Virus record (IMG/VR): IMGVR_UViG_3300025872_000070
Coordinates: 1-55,668 of that record
Reading direction: 5' to 3' (one strand)
DNA: 55,668 nt
Source of the DNA: a virus
Lineage: Duplodnaviria > Caudoviricetes
A model generated the notes under the pieces. It was given only the letters and a program-made list of their open reading frames with translations, was not told the DNA's origin and ran no database searches. This document shows, piece by piece, positions 37,097-48,283 of the stretch. Both the position numbers and the translations under genes were made by a program. The stretch's first letter is position 1. The number at the start of each line of letters is the position of its first letter.

Positions 37097-40000
37097 TATT
37101 CATCCAATATATCTTCAAAGTTTAAATATTTTCTTCCAAAAATATCGAAAGCGGTTTTACCTTTTTTCAGTCCAAAATAAAAATAATATGGGGCTCCCAT
37201 CGTGAGATATTCTCCGTCTCCTTGATTTGAATCCCAGTCGGCTTGAGCGGCACTAAGGGTTCCACCACCATTTATTCCATATATAAAATCGTGAAAATAT
37301 TTTTCTGAATTTGTATTTTTAGTTCTAAAATACCTTGAAAGTTTATTAATTCTATCCATATCTTGATATCTAAAACTAAAGAAACTATCACTCCTATATC
37401 CGTTGTTAATTGTATTGGTGTACCAAGTATTATCTTGAGTACCAAAAATTGTACCTGCGGTAGTAATTTCATCATGCCATTGATAGTGAGGAACTACTTG
37501 AGAAAATACACCATAATTACTAAATATACAACTATTATTAACAGGTAAATTAGAATTGATTATAGTCCTTTTTGGAGATATCCAATCTTTAAGTTGAGTG
37601 TCCGCTGAAAAGAATATTCCAAATGTTTCATCATTAGGACTCGCGTAAATTGGATTTTGTCCTGATACAGGAGCCGGATAATTTTCCGCTTGGAATGGTG
37701 CGACTCCGAGTTCTGAACTTGTTGAAATTGATTGTGCATAATCCCCATCAACCATTACATTATCTCTCGAAAAGTATGTAAAAATATTTGCTCCCCCTCC
37801 GCCAACAATTTGTTGTATGAAATTAGTATTTGTTAATCTACTTATAATGAATAAATTTAAAATTTCAGATACATCTGAATAAGTTGTAGAATTCAATCTA
37901 TTTACAACATACCCATCAAATTTATCAGATAAAACAATTTCTTGTAAATAATAATTTTTTGGTCCCAAATCCAACATAGTTGTTGGATAATTAAGGTTTT
38001 TAACATTCCCTCCAAAGTCGGGTAAACTAACTCCCAAAAATGAACTTTTTGGTGCTGGCTTTCCTATAAACGCACCCGTAGACAAAAACTTAGTTCCATC
38101 ATAATCAGGTATGAAAGGAGATACTCTATAAAAATAGTTGTTTGTTTTGGGATTCAAAACTACCGTATCTTTACAATATAAACTATATGGTTTATTTCCT
38201 TGTGCCGGTGAAGTGAAAAACCTATCATTAATTATAGGAAAAGCATATAAACTTCCGTTCAACCAATTATTTGTGAACATATGTCCAAAAACATTTCTAC
38301 AAGCACCAAACGCAATACTAGTTCTTGAAATCCATTCACCTAACAATTTGAAATCTTTTGGTAGAGAAAAGAAAATCGCACTGACAAATATGTAACATCC
38401 ATTTTTCATTATGGGTGCTTTTAAAGAACCTGAAAGTCCGTTAGTATAACAATCGTCAGTTTTAGGTTTTACAAGTATAGTACCACCTGACTCATAATAA
38501 CATCCTAATGGGGCGAATCCACCGCAAGTAAAACTATCAAATACCGCATTTGGAACAAAAGAACCTAAGTCATTTTGATTTTCATTTGGAGAAGAGAATT
38601 GTGGTGAGTTGGGGGTTGCGGCCGCAGATGGTGTCGATATTAGACCAACATCTGATAACAAATATATTGAGAAGTTTTGATTATTTTGTAAACAATAGGA
38701 AACCCCGGCATAATTTTGTTGGTTACTTGAAGTAGGTAATCTATCTGACCTCATAACAATTGTATTACCACTTGAACCAAAATTACTTGGATTAATGGTC
38801 ATACTTATACTACCAAAAGAATATGAGAACTCAACTCCGTTTATTGTCCAAGGATTTTCAGAAACATTCTTACCAGGTTGACCGATATCACTATATTCAG
38901 TACCTAACCACGCTTTGTTACTTATAATTGGAAATACACCACCATTATTGGTTGAATTCGTATCTCCGAATTTCGTTGGTCTAACATCAGCAGCTTCACT
39001 TCCACTTGCGGGTCTAGAAGAAATTAATGAACCTCCTTCAACAATTTCATTTATAAAATAACCTCTATTGTATTGGGTTGAAGGGTCATTAATAAATGAT
39101 TTTATATCTTGAGTTGCTGTTATATTATTGACTCCTGTTCTTGCGTTATAATCTAAACCTGACGTGTCGCTCCATTCCCAACAAAAGGCATTTCCCCCTT
39201 TTACATTCAACCCATAAGATGAACTCCAATTTAAAAATACATTTTGTACTCCAAGACTAGGGTAATAATTATTACCTAAACTACTATAAAACTTGGTTAA
39301 ATTTGTTGTAAATGCCGTAAACCCATTTATACCCACACTTGGAACAAAATTGTAGGAAGGGTAATATAGTTTCAACCCCGAATAACCATCAGTTTGATTA
39401 TGACTTGTGATGTTTGAGTGATTAACGTTCAAAAACTTACCCTGAATTGGTACATTCAATTTGTAGTTTCCAGTTATGACTCTTATACCCCAACTTGAGT
39501 AACCAAAAATATAACTCAAATCGAAAGTACATTTTTGACGAGTCGATTGTGGGTCAACTCCTCTTACGCAAATCACAATAACTTGTTTATCATAATCTTT
39601 AAACAAACCTAACGTATTTAATGGTGGGGTTGTTTTGCTGTAGAAATACCAATAGTCATTACATAATAAACAAGGATTCCAATACTTTCTAAAAAAAATA
39701 TAATTTCCGTTATTTAAGAATCTCGGATAGAATGAGTTTGATACTGGAGATGGAGAAACTTTGGTTGAGAAATCACTTACCGTCATCGCGGTGATTACTT
39801 GAAAATATTCAATATCGGTAGGAAATTTTAGGTATTGTGTATCCCCTGTACTTGCTGATATGGTATAAGTTGTTCCTGTAACGTTTCCTGTACCATTAGG
39901 ATTCGCGTATTGTACTTCATAGGGTATAACACCACCGCCATTCAAAGATGTACCTGTAACACTTGTATTACTATAATCATTCAGAGTTGAGCCCGTTAAA

Positions 40001-42387
40001 TTTGGGTCCGTACTCAATATAGGGTTTTGAAAAGAAATGATTCTACCCGCAGCCATATTACTCAACTCTGAACTTGTTAAAGATAGTATTACTACATTAT
40101 CGTAATGGAATGTAGTCGGATTCAAATCCGAGGCAAAAGTTGTTTTAATTCTATTTACACCACCCCCGGGATTGAAAGTTGACCCGTCAAAATATTTTGC
40201 TTTCGTATTAAAAAGATTAATTCTTTCTGATATTGGTAAACTAGTTGTTAAAATTTGTAGTTTATCATCCGTATCGTAAAATTTCGATTGAGGGGCCCTT
40301 GAAAAAGCTGTTGGATTGTTAACATCAATTCCTGACCCAGCAACCATACTTTGATAAGCGCCGGGATTTTCCGTACTTGATAGCCCCACATAAAAGTCGC
40401 CATTCCAATATGGTGTGAGAATTGAATTAACATTATATTGGTCTATATTTGACATTGCACTCGATGTCGCAGGATTTTGAGATGGGTTAGCTCCAGCTGC
40501 GGCCTCCCCCTCAGTACAATTACAAAAATCACAATCAGGATATGTCAAATTAGGTATTGGGAGATTTGTAAAAAACCTCCATAAATTTTTTATTTTATCG
40601 GCTATTTCATCAACGTCATCGAAACTTGGACAATTTGGCGAATTAAAACTAGTATGAAAAAATTTATTTATAGTTTTAATAATTACTTGAATTAAGTAAC
40701 ATAATACCACAAGAAATTTTAACACAAACCTTACAATTACTGATATTACGTAACTGAACAATAATATAAAAAAAGCTAAAATGTGCGTTACAATTAAAAG
40801 TACATAAAAAGCATATCTGAAAATATATAATAAAAAATTAACCGCAACAAAAAGGAAATCGCTTGTGAAATTTGCGTCATTTGTTGGAAATTTGTTATTT
40901 TCACTTTCACAACTTGTGTTTAAATCATCTTTCAATGAAATAATGCGATTTGATAAATACCCATTTCTATATTGTGTAACTAAGCCGGAAACGGTATAGA
41001 CCTTATTATATTGCATATAATAAAACCTATCTTCACAATTAATTGCGTCTTGTATCATTTGTTGACCACGAGAATCACCTGTGAATCCGTAATCATTCCA
41101 ATCTAAACTAAATGAATACGCTCTCATAGCATCAGTATAATCACAAGGAACATTTTGATAAAAACAAGGTGGTGGTGTTGGTAAATCTAAAGGGTCGTAA
41201 GTTGTACTTGTCCAATACTCACGAATATTAGGTACTAAAAAATAACCTCGTTTAACGGGTTCTTTGAGTGTTGGAGGTTGATTCCATTTAATTTTAAATC
41301 TGTATTTAGCACTTGTAGGAACCCCTTTTTTGGGGTCGATTGTAAACACGTTTTCACCAAACTCATTTGTAACGACTCTATCCAAGTTCATTGGGACATC
41401 AATAACCCAGGCTCCATTATCGTCAATTACTTGTCCACCATTTTCTAACTCAAAGGGTTCTAAACCAGGTCTACCATTTACGTCTAAATTAATCATTTGA
41501 CGTATTGCTTTAATTTCACCCGGTCCAGTTGTTAAATTACACAACATACCTTGTTTTAATTTAGGTTTACAATTTCTTTTTTGTGCGGTGTCATCTTCAG
41601 ATGAAAATAATGACCCCATAAAAATTGCGGTTGGAACTAAATTAATGTTTCTTTCGTTAGTTATGTCAAAGTCAACTCGAGTAATACCTAAATTACAAAC
41701 GTCGGGTTCACCCCAAAACGGATTAACCTCCACAATTCTATTCAAAGAAACTATTTGAGGTAACTCTGCTAAATTTGATGATGTTTTGAATGTTGTACCA
41801 TTTGTTTGATTTTCGGTTGCTACACCCATTCTAACCAAATCTTGAGGTGTTAATGAAAATTCACCTATGTCAGACAAATCTATATCAACGTGAATTGTTT
41901 GGTTTCCTAATGGAGCCCCAAAAATTAAAAAGTCACCACTATTATTGGTTCTTGCGGTATATTTGTAATACTTGTCAAAAACTTGAATGTAATACGGATT
42001 TATTAAAACATCTTCTTTATCAAAAAATGTCCCTGTTGGTTGGTGAGCACTATATGATTTTGTATAAGGAAGTAGATTATATCTATATCCATCTTCATTG
42101 AGATTTTCAACGTTTTTATACGGATATAAAGTTGATATAATAGGGTCTAACTCATCGTTAGCGTCCAGAGGTATAAAAACTGAAACTTTTGCATTTGGTA
42201 TACCATAACCATTATTTATAGAAACTCTTCCTACAATAACACCATAATCAGAACAAGGTCTTGTATAAATGTCACTTTGTAATAATTTGAGGGAAAGAAT
42301 CTCTAAAGATTCAAAATCTTGTTCCAATAAGACATTAATTTGTTTGTCTTTACCAACTTCTGTACGGATTCTTACCGATTTTGACAT
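37096..42387 (-). CDS. very large baseplate-associated protein with internal transmembrane-like segment
   Basis: 1763 aa; N-terminal GVIVGRV..GIPNAKVSVFI..TNNSGDFLIFGAPLG (carboxypeptidase-regulatory/transthyretin-like fold); ~60-aa hydrophobic stretch. Confidence 0.65.
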   Translation of the reverse strand: MSKSVRIRTEVGKDKQINVLLEQDFESLEILSLKLLQSDIYTRPCSDYGVIVGRVSINNGYGIPNAKVSVFIPLDANDELDPIISTLYPYKNVENLNEDGYRYNLLPYTKSYSAHQPTGTFFDKEDVLINPYYIQVFDKYYKYTARTNNSGDFLIFGAPLGNQTIHVDIDLSDIGEFSLTPQDLVRMGVATENQTNGTTFKTSSNLAELPQIVSLNRIVEVNPFWGEPDVCNLGITRVDFDITNERNINLVPTAIFMGSLFSSEDDTAQKRNCKPKLKQGMLCNLTTGPGEIKAIRQMINLDVNGRPGLEPFELENGGQVIDDNGAWVIDVPMNLDRVVTNEFGENVFTIDPKKGVPTSAKYRFKIKWNQPPTLKEPVKRGYFLVPNIREYWTSTTYDPLDLPTPPPCFYQNVPCDYTDAMRAYSFSLDWNDYGFTGDSRGQQMIQDAINCEDRFYYMQYNKVYTVSGLVTQYRNGYLSNRIISLKDDLNTSCESENNKFPTNDANFTSDFLFVAVNFLLYIFRYAFYVLLIVTHILAFFILLFSYVISVIVRFVLKFLVVLCYLIQVIIKTINKFFHTSFNSPNCPSFDDVDEIADKIKNLWRFFTNLPIPNLTYPDCDFCNCTEGEAAAGANPSQNPATSSAMSNIDQYNVNSILTPYWNGDFYVGLSSTENPGAYQSMVAGSGIDVNNPTAFSRAPQSKFYDTDDKLQILTTSLPISERINLFNTKAKYFDGSTFNPGGGVNRIKTTFASDLNPTTFHYDNVVILSLTSSELSNMAAGRIISFQNPILSTDPNLTGSTLNDYSNTSVTGTSLNGGGVIPYEVQYANPNGTGNVTGTTYTISASTGDTQYLKFPTDIEYFQVITAMTVSDFSTKVSPSPVSNSFYPRFLNNGNYIFFRKYWNPCLLCNDYWYFYSKTTPPLNTLGLFKDYDKQVIVICVRGVDPQSTRQKCTFDLSYIFGYSSWGIRVITGNYKLNVPIQGKFLNVNHSNITSHNQTDGYSGLKLYYPSYNFVPSVGINGFTAFTTNLTKFYSSLGNNYYPSLGVQNVFLNWSSSYGLNVKGGNAFCWEWSDTSGLDYNARTGVNNITATQDIKSFINDPSTQYNRGYFINEIVEGGSLISSRPASGSEAADVRPTKFGDTNSTNNGGVFPIISNKAWLGTEYSDIGQPGKNVSENPWTINGVEFSYSFGSISMTINPSNFGSSGNTIVMRSDRLPTSSNQQNYAGVSYCLQNNQNFSIYLLSDVGLISTPSAAATPNSPQFSSPNENQNDLGSFVPNAVFDSFTCGGFAPLGCYYESGGTILVKPKTDDCYTNGLSGSLKAPIMKNGCYIFVSAIFFSLPKDFKLLGEWISRTSIAFGACRNVFGHMFTNNWLNGSLYAFPIINDRFFTSPAQGNKPYSLYCKDTVVLNPKTNNYFYRVSPFIPDYDGTKFLSTGAFIGKPAPKSSFLGVSLPDFGGNVKNLNYPTTMLDLGPKNYYLQEIVLSDKFDGYVVNRLNSTTYSDVSEILNLFIISRLTNTNFIQQIVGGGGANIFTYFSRDNVMVDGDYAQSISTSSELGVAPFQAENYPAPVSGQNPIYASPNDETFGIFFSADTQLKDWISPKRTIINSNLPVNNSCIFSNYGVFSQVVPHYQWHDEITTAGTIFGTQDNTWYTNTINNGYRSDSFFSFRYQDMDRINKLSRYFRTKNTNSEKYFHDFIYGINGGGTLSAAQADWDSNQGDGEYLTMGAPYYFYFGLKKGKTAFDIFGRKYLNFEDILDE

Positions 42388-42401
42388 TTAATAACTTTTA
42401 A

Positions 42402-42445
42402 CATAAATAGTTTATTTGAGTTTTTATATAAAAACATAAACTATT
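42402..42445. promoter_or_regulatory. TATTTATG motif overlapped by an AT-rich hairpin
   Basis: Motif 42402-42409 (- strand); arms AATAGTTTAT (42406-42415) / ATAAACTATT (42436-42445) enclose palindrome GTTTTTATATAAAAAC. Confidence 0.5.
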
Positions 42446-42463
42446 CTCGTTAAAAATAAATTA

Positions 42464-44302
42464 TCAAGCGAAATTGATATTTTGGAAATTGTTAACCCTT
42501 ACGGTAATATCTTTACCCGGATATCGGATTTGGTATGTTTGATTTGGTTCGGCAAATATGGTATCATATATCAAACCAATTTCTCTCGTTGTGGAATTTA
42601 TATATGCTTGAGAGGTTTGTGAAGAACTATATTGTCCACCTACATTATTATAAAATTGCATTCCTGCTATGTTGATTACTCCGTTTTCACTTTGAATTAA
42701 TCTTTTCAGTTCTGATACATTAACGTTTTGACCCATCGTTCTATTGGCGGGTTCAAAAAAGTCAGATATAATATTAACTATTCTGGATATAACGGAACCT
42801 TGATTTTGAGTATTATCTAAAACAACATCTAAATTTACACTTAAATCAATCACATTAGCGGATTCAATATAAATGTAATCATTAATCATTCTATAATTTG
42901 ACAAATAATTTGCAACGTTATTTTTTAAAGTGTTTGATATAATTTCAGTCAACTTACCATTCTCATCGTAAGATAACATTTGAATTATGATTTTATTATT
43001 CTGTTCAGTTATTGCCACTTTCGCTGGTGCTCCAAACTGAGAAGGCATAGTTCTTATTATTGAATTATAATCATTTACGGTTACCGCTCTTTGTTGTGCC
43101 GCAAAATTGTAAGTTGTTAAATATCTAACTTCTTCGATTGTTGGATTATTAGCCCCACCAATAGCGGCTGTAACGTTTGTTACAATTAATGAATTCTTAA
43201 CCGATGTGTTTACTGATGTTGAAGGTCCATTTATTGAAAAATATACCGTACCTACTTGAGTAATAACATCAACCCCTAAGTTACTTGAAACACCTCCACC
43301 AACTCTATATTGAATGAATAATGTTGAATTAGCCTTTAACACACTACCTAAGGCAAAGTTATTTGAATATTTATATAAATCTAGTTTGTATCCGTTTCTT
43401 GCGAATTCTCTTAATTGTTCGTCCGCCGATTGACTACCACCACCAAATATTACTCTGAAAAATCCTTCAGGTGTAAACTCTGTTATAAATTTACTATTTG
43501 TTTGTATATACTTCCCAACCTTTAAACCTGGATTATCAGCTACCTTAGTTGGGTCTTCAACAAACACTCTATCCTGAATTAAAGAATCAACTTCATACCA
43601 TCTGTTATCTACCCCTAAAAATTCGTTTGTATCAGGAACATTTGCATAATTTGTACCATCTTTGAGTAAAACACTTGTAATCCCTAAGACATTTTTTTCG
43701 GGTAAAAATAATTCAAAAAATGGTCTAATATCATTTGGTGTAATAACTCTTTTGAATACTTTAGTTAATCCATTAACAACCGTTTCTCTCTTTGTTATTG
43801 TATAATTTAATAATTTATTATTAGCGTCAAAGTTTGGTATTTTAATCCTATTAGGATAACCTTCAGCGTTTATTGCAGACGCAAAATCAACATCATAAAC
43901 CAACTCAAACACTTGACCCGCACCAAAAAATTGGGAACCTCGTCTTAACAATCCACAATATCTTAAATCTTCAGAATCTCCAAACGCAGGTACGGTAATT
44001 GATAAATCAACCATAGCAACTGAAGGTCTTTGACCTGGTACTTTTAACCCGTATGTTCTAGCAATATTATAAATGGAAGATTTTTGTTGAGCGTATTGTA
44101 ATACGGTTTCTTGTATACTTCTATCTATATTAAATTGTAAGTTATCCGTTACAGCCGCGTTCAAATCCATAAGTGCGGAAAAAACCGCCGCATCGTTAAA
44201 GTTTTGAACTAAGTCAGGATAATACGTTCTTGTAAAATTGATTAATTCAGTTCTTATGGATTGAAAATCTCTTGTAGTATATGATATTTTTTTATTAGCC
44301 AT
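42464..44302 (-). CDS. baseplate wedge subunit (T4 gp6 / baseplate J-like)
   Basis: YTTRDFQSIRTEL, LQYAQQKSSI..IARTYG, YRVGGG..SN, AQQRAVTVNDY. Confidence 0.88.
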   Translation of the reverse strand: MANKKISYTTRDFQSIRTELINFTRTYYPDLVQNFNDAAVFSALMDLNAAVTDNLQFNIDRSIQETVLQYAQQKSSIYNIARTYGLKVPGQRPSVAMVDLSITVPAFGDSEDLRYCGLLRRGSQFFGAGQVFELVYDVDFASAINAEGYPNRIKIPNFDANNKLLNYTITKRETVVNGLTKVFKRVITPNDIRPFFELFLPEKNVLGITSVLLKDGTNYANVPDTNEFLGVDNRWYEVDSLIQDRVFVEDPTKVADNPGLKVGKYIQTNSKFITEFTPEGFFRVIFGGGSQSADEQLREFARNGYKLDLYKYSNNFALGSVLKANSTLFIQYRVGGGVSSNLGVDVITQVGTVYFSINGPSTSVNTSVKNSLIVTNVTAAIGGANNPTIEEVRYLTTYNFAAQQRAVTVNDYNSIIRTMPSQFGAPAKVAITEQNNKIIIQMLSYDENGKLTEIISNTLKNNVANYLSNYRMINDYIYIESANVIDLSVNLDVVLDNTQNQGSVISRIVNIISDFFEPANRTMGQNVNVSELKRLIQSENGVINIAGMQFYNNVGGQYSSSQTSQAYINSTTREIGLIYDTIFAEPNQTYQIRYPGKDITVRVNNFQNINFA

Positions 44303-44309
44303 ATATCAT

Positions 44310-44768
44310 TTAAATATTGATGATTACAAAATCACTCGAATTGAATGTATCGTCTTGGATAGTATAATCTATTTTTATTTTTGCTGTATGTTCTTTAGTA
44401 CCAATTCCTGGTACTCGGTAAACTCTATCATCATTAGAATTTATGTAAGTACCTTTATCTTCTTCACCATCTGATGCGGGTTGAATAGTAATTTTATTTA
44501 TTAATAAATTTGGAATGTATTCTTCCACCGAATCTCTGATTTCATTTTCCAATTCAGAAAATGTCAATCCATCCATAGGTTCAAATAAATATTCATATAA
44601 TCTCGTCCCAAAATCAGGTAAATAATATCTTGTACCCTTTCTTGTTAATAGAAGATGAACTAAATCCGTTCTGATTTCTTCATCAGTTGTATTTGACATA
44701 TCCAAATACCCACCATTAAAAGAATCTCGGAACGGAAAATTAATACCATATGTTGGCTCTTTTGCCAT
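44310..44768 (-). CDS. baseplate wedge / sheath initiator (T4 gp25, GPW-like)
   Basis: GINFPF, IRTDLVHLLLTRKGTRYYLPDFGTRLYEYLFEP; TATTTATT at 44775-44782. Confidence 0.9.
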   Translation of the reverse strand: MAKEPTYGINFPFRDSFNGGYLDMSNTTDEEIRTDLVHLLLTRKGTRYYLPDFGTRLYEYLFEPMDGLTFSELENEIRDSVEEYIPNLLINKITIQPASDGEEDKGTYINSNDDRVYRVPGIGTKEHTAKIKIDYTIQDDTFNSSDFVIINI

Positions 44769-44807
44769 CTACATAATAAATATACTTCAATAAAAATTTT
44801 TGAAAAT

Positions 44808-44831
44808 AAAAAAACCCGATATATATCGGGT
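44808..44831 (-). terminator. rho-independent terminator after nrdA
   Basis: Minus strand ACCCGAT-ATAT-ATCGGGT followed by T run. Confidence 0.8.
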
Positions 44832-44875
44832 CACGGCAATTATCGCCGTCTATACTAATTTATATAAATTATTAA

Positions 44876-47311
44876 TTAGGACGAACAACCAAAACACTCA
44901 AAATCAGAGTCGATGGGTTTTTTAGTTATAAAATCAGGTGGTGGTAATGGAACATTTTTTGGTTTTTCAACTTTAGAGACATCCAAAGCTAAATGTTTAG
45001 CCCCTGTTGATATAGCTTTTGTCCTCACATAATAACACAATGTTTTCAATCCTTTTTCCCAAGCGTGGAAATGAGAAGAGGTAATCTTTGAAAGAGTAGG
45101 GTTACCCATATAAATGTTCATAGATTGAGATTGGTCAATGTATGGTGCTCTGTCTGCCGCCATATTGATAAGTTCTTTTTGTGAGATTTCCCAAATGGTT
45201 TTATATTTTAAAATAAGGTGTTCAATTCTTTTAACTTTTTTAGAGTACCCTTTATCTTCGGTATCTAAATAAGTGTTAAAGTTAATGTTTTGAACAGACC
45301 CCTCATTCAAAATGATTTCATTTTTCAATTCTTCACACCAAATACCTAATTTTTCAAAATCATTAATCAAATATTTGTTAACAATCATAATTTCTCCACC
45401 AACAACTCTTCTATTAAAAATTGCCGAGTGAGCCGGTTCTGTCATTTCGTATGAACCAGTAATTTTGGCTGAAGATGCGACTGGCATTTGTGCTGTGAAT
45501 AATGAATTACACACACCATACTTCATTACATTTTCTTTTAAATCACCCCAATTCCATAATCCTGAAGGTTTATTTTCTTCTGAAGAATATAATTGTTGAT
45601 TGTCCCACATATCAAATTGGAAAACACCTTTTGACATTGGTGAACCTTGGAAATAGTCGTAAGGTTTATATTCTCCAGTTTTACACAATTCACAACTTTC
45701 AGAAATTGCCGCAAAATATATAGTTTCAAAAATTTGTTTGTTTAAAGTTTTAGCTTCTTCATCGGTAAACACATAGTCCATCAAATAAAACACATCAGCT
45801 AATCCTTGTGTTCCAATTGCAATTGCTCGTTGTTCTAAACCACCTTTTTTACCTTTTTGTGTTGAGTAACTATTAATATCAATAACTTTGTTTAAAGCTC
45901 GGACAACTTTTCTTGTTTCGTTATAAAGAAGAAGGAAATCAAACTTTCCATCAACAATAAAATTTTTTAAAACCATAGATGAAAGTGTACAAATAGCCGT
46001 GTTTTTTTCATCGGTATATTGGTAAATTTCATTACAAAGATTTGATTGTTTGATTACACCTATGTTTGAGTGATTTGTCTTACGATTAGCGTTATCTTTT
46101 GAACATAAGTATGGAACTCCTGTTTCTATTTGAGATTCAACTATTTTGGACCAGATATCTTGTGCTTTAACTTTCTTTCCAATCCCTAAAGAAACCGCTT
46201 TATTGTAGTTTTCTTCATACTCAGTACCATATGTTTCTTGAAGAGGTTTAATACCCGCTTTTTTAATGTCATTCGGACAAAACAAATACCAATCAGAGTT
46301 TGTTTTAACCGCTCTCATAAAATTATCAGGAATCCAAAGTGCGGTGAATAAATCACGAGCTCTCAACTCTTCAGCACCTGTGTTCTTTTTAATCTCTAAT
46401 AAATCCATAATGTCCTTATGCCAAGGTTCAAGGTAAATCGCTGCACTTCCAGGTCGTCGTCCTTGTTGATTAAAAAATCTCAGAGATTCATTAACAATTT
46501 TTAGATATTTTAATAAACCGCCAGCGTATCCACCTGAAGAGGATATTCTTGTTTCTTTACTTCTAATATTAGACATACAAAGTCCAATACCAGCAGCGTC
46601 TGCTGAATACGTTGAAATATCGGTAATCGTGTCCAATAGCCCTGACCTTGAATCTTCGTTATTATAATGAAGAACACAAGACGCCAACTGAGGAATTTTA
46701 GTTCCTGAGTTAATCATTATTGGAGTCGCTGGTGATATTAATTGACTTGAAAGTGATTTATAGTATGATACGGCCTCTTCAAAAGTTTTGGTTACCCACA
46801 AAGCAACTCTCATATACATATGTTGTGGTCTTTCGATGGTTTTTCCACTTGGTAACTTTAACAAATACATTTCGTGTAAAGAACGCCAAGCAAAATAATC
46901 AAAATTATAATCGTTGTCGTGATTTATTACTTTATCAATTTCAGATGAACCATAAGAACTAACCATAGTCATTAGTTCATCATTTATTATACCCGACTTA
47001 TGAAGCTCAACCATAGTTTCATAGAAACTTGGGTTTGTTTCTTTGTGGTATGAAGATATTGCCACTGAAGAAGCCAATCGAGAATAGTCGTGATGACTCC
47101 CTGTATAAGCTGCGGCAATTTCATAAACAAGTTTATCAAGTTCTTTTGTTGTTATTTCACCTTCAACAGGTACTGAAGTAATAACCTTTATAAAAATTTC
47201 ATCAGAATTCACATTTAGTCCTTTTGCAGAACGTTTAATCCTGTTGTATATTTTTTGAGGATTGAAAGCGGCGTCTTCACCACTTCTTTTTTTAATTTTA
47301 AGAGACATCAT
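44876..47311 (-). CDS. nrdA: ribonucleoside-diphosphate reductase class Ia, alpha subunit
   Basis: ATP cone, SPATP, LASC, QSNLCNEI, ICTLSS, MPVASS, DQSQS, GLKTLCYY, C-terminal CFGC. Confidence 0.96.
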   Translation of the reverse strand: MMSLKIKKRSGEDAAFNPQKIYNRIKRSAKGLNVNSDEIFIKVITSVPVEGEITTKELDKLVYEIAAAYTGSHHDYSRLASSVAISSYHKETNPSFYETMVELHKSGIINDELMTMVSSYGSSEIDKVINHDNDYNFDYFAWRSLHEMYLLKLPSGKTIERPQHMYMRVALWVTKTFEEAVSYYKSLSSQLISPATPIMINSGTKIPQLASCVLHYNNEDSRSGLLDTITDISTYSADAAGIGLCMSNIRSKETRISSSGGYAGGLLKYLKIVNESLRFFNQQGRRPGSAAIYLEPWHKDIMDLLEIKKNTGAEELRARDLFTALWIPDNFMRAVKTNSDWYLFCPNDIKKAGIKPLQETYGTEYEENYNKAVSLGIGKKVKAQDIWSKIVESQIETGVPYLCSKDNANRKTNHSNIGVIKQSNLCNEIYQYTDEKNTAICTLSSMVLKNFIVDGKFDFLLLYNETRKVVRALNKVIDINSYSTQKGKKGGLEQRAIAIGTQGLADVFYLMDYVFTDEEAKTLNKQIFETIYFAAISESCELCKTGEYKPYDYFQGSPMSKGVFQFDMWDNQQLYSSEENKPSGLWNWGDLKENVMKYGVCNSLFTAQMPVASSAKITGSYEMTEPAHSAIFNRRVVGGEIMIVNKYLINDFEKLGIWCEELKNEIILNEGSVQNINFNTYLDTEDKGYSKKVKRIEHLILKYKTIWEISQKELINMAADRAPYIDQSQSMNIYMGNPTLSKITSSHFHAWEKGLKTLCYYVRTKAISTGAKHLALDVSKVEKPKNVPLPPPDFITKKPIDSDFECFGCSS

Positions 47312-47330
47312 AGTATATTAAGATAGTAGA

Positions 47331-48278
47331 TTAAAAGTCGTCGGTAAATGTTAAAGTTTCATTTAATTTTGCTTTTTGATATTCGACGGTACGTGATTCA
47401 AAGAAATTACCTTTAGTTTCAACCGCAATTTGTTCCATAAACTTGAATGGTTGTTCTACATTAAAGTGTTTTTTACAACCAAACTTTAATAACAATCCAT
47501 CTACAACAAATTCTAAGTATTGTTTCATTAAATTTGAGTTCATACCAATTAAAGAAACCGGAAGAGATTCTGTAATAAACTCTTTCTCAATTTCCAAAGC
47601 CGATAATAATATTTCTTTAATACGTTTTTCACTTGGTTTGTTTTCAACGTGATTATTTAACAGATGAATTGCAAAATCACAATGTAAATTTTCATCTTTG
47701 AATATTAAAGCGTTTGCGTTACAAAGTCCTTGCATAATTCCTCTTGATTTTAACCAAAATATAGAACAAAAAGAACCTGAAAAGAAAATTCCCTCAACTG
47801 CCGCAAAAGCAACAAGTCGTTCTTGAAACGATGCGTTTTTAATCCATTCTAAAGCCCAATTAGCTTTCTTAGCCACAGCAGGTAATCTTTCAATCGCGTT
47901 AAAACATTCGTCTTTTTCTTGTTGGTTTGACACATAGGTATCAATAAGAAGTGAATACATTAATGAGTGTATATTCTCCATAGCAATTTGAAATCCGTAG
48001 AAGAACTTAGCTTCAGGATATTGTACTTCACGATAGAAATTCTCAGCCAGATTTTCATTTACAATACCATCGGATGCCGCAAAAAATGAAAGTACATTTT
48101 TTACAAAGTATCTTTCATTATCAGACAGATTTTCCCAATCTCTAATATCATTTGATAAATCAATTTCTTCTGCGGTCCAAAATGCCGCTTGATGCATTTT
48201 ATAATATTCCCAAATATCATTATATTGAATTGGAAAGATTACAAATCTGTTTGGGTTTTCTTTTAATATATTTTCCAT
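47331..48278 (-). CDS. nrdB: ribonucleoside-diphosphate reductase class Ia, beta subunit
   Basis: [49 protein letters not shown]. Confidence 0.96.
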   Translation of the reverse strand: MENILKENPNRFVIFPIQYNDIWEYYKMHQAAFWTAEEIDLSNDIRDWENLSDNERYFVKNVLSFFAASDGIVNENLAENFYREVQYPEAKFFYGFQIAMENIHSLMYSLLIDTYVSNQQEKDECFNAIERLPAVAKKANWALEWIKNASFQERLVAFAAVEGIFFSGSFCSIFWLKSRGIMQGLCNANALIFKDENLHCDFAIHLLNNHVENKPSEKRIKEILLSALEIEKEFITESLPVSLIGMNSNLMKQYLEFVVDGLLLKFGCKKHFNVEQPFKFMEQIAVETKGNFFESRTVEYQKAKLNETLTFTDDF

Positions 48279-48283
48279 AATTA

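Noticed and set aside
44876-48278. Eukaryotic or giant-virus origin suggested by eukaryote-like NrdA/NrdB
   Set aside because: This RNR subtype also occurs in Bacteroidota; sigma factor, gp25/gp6 baseplate and bacterial promoters indicate a bacteriophage
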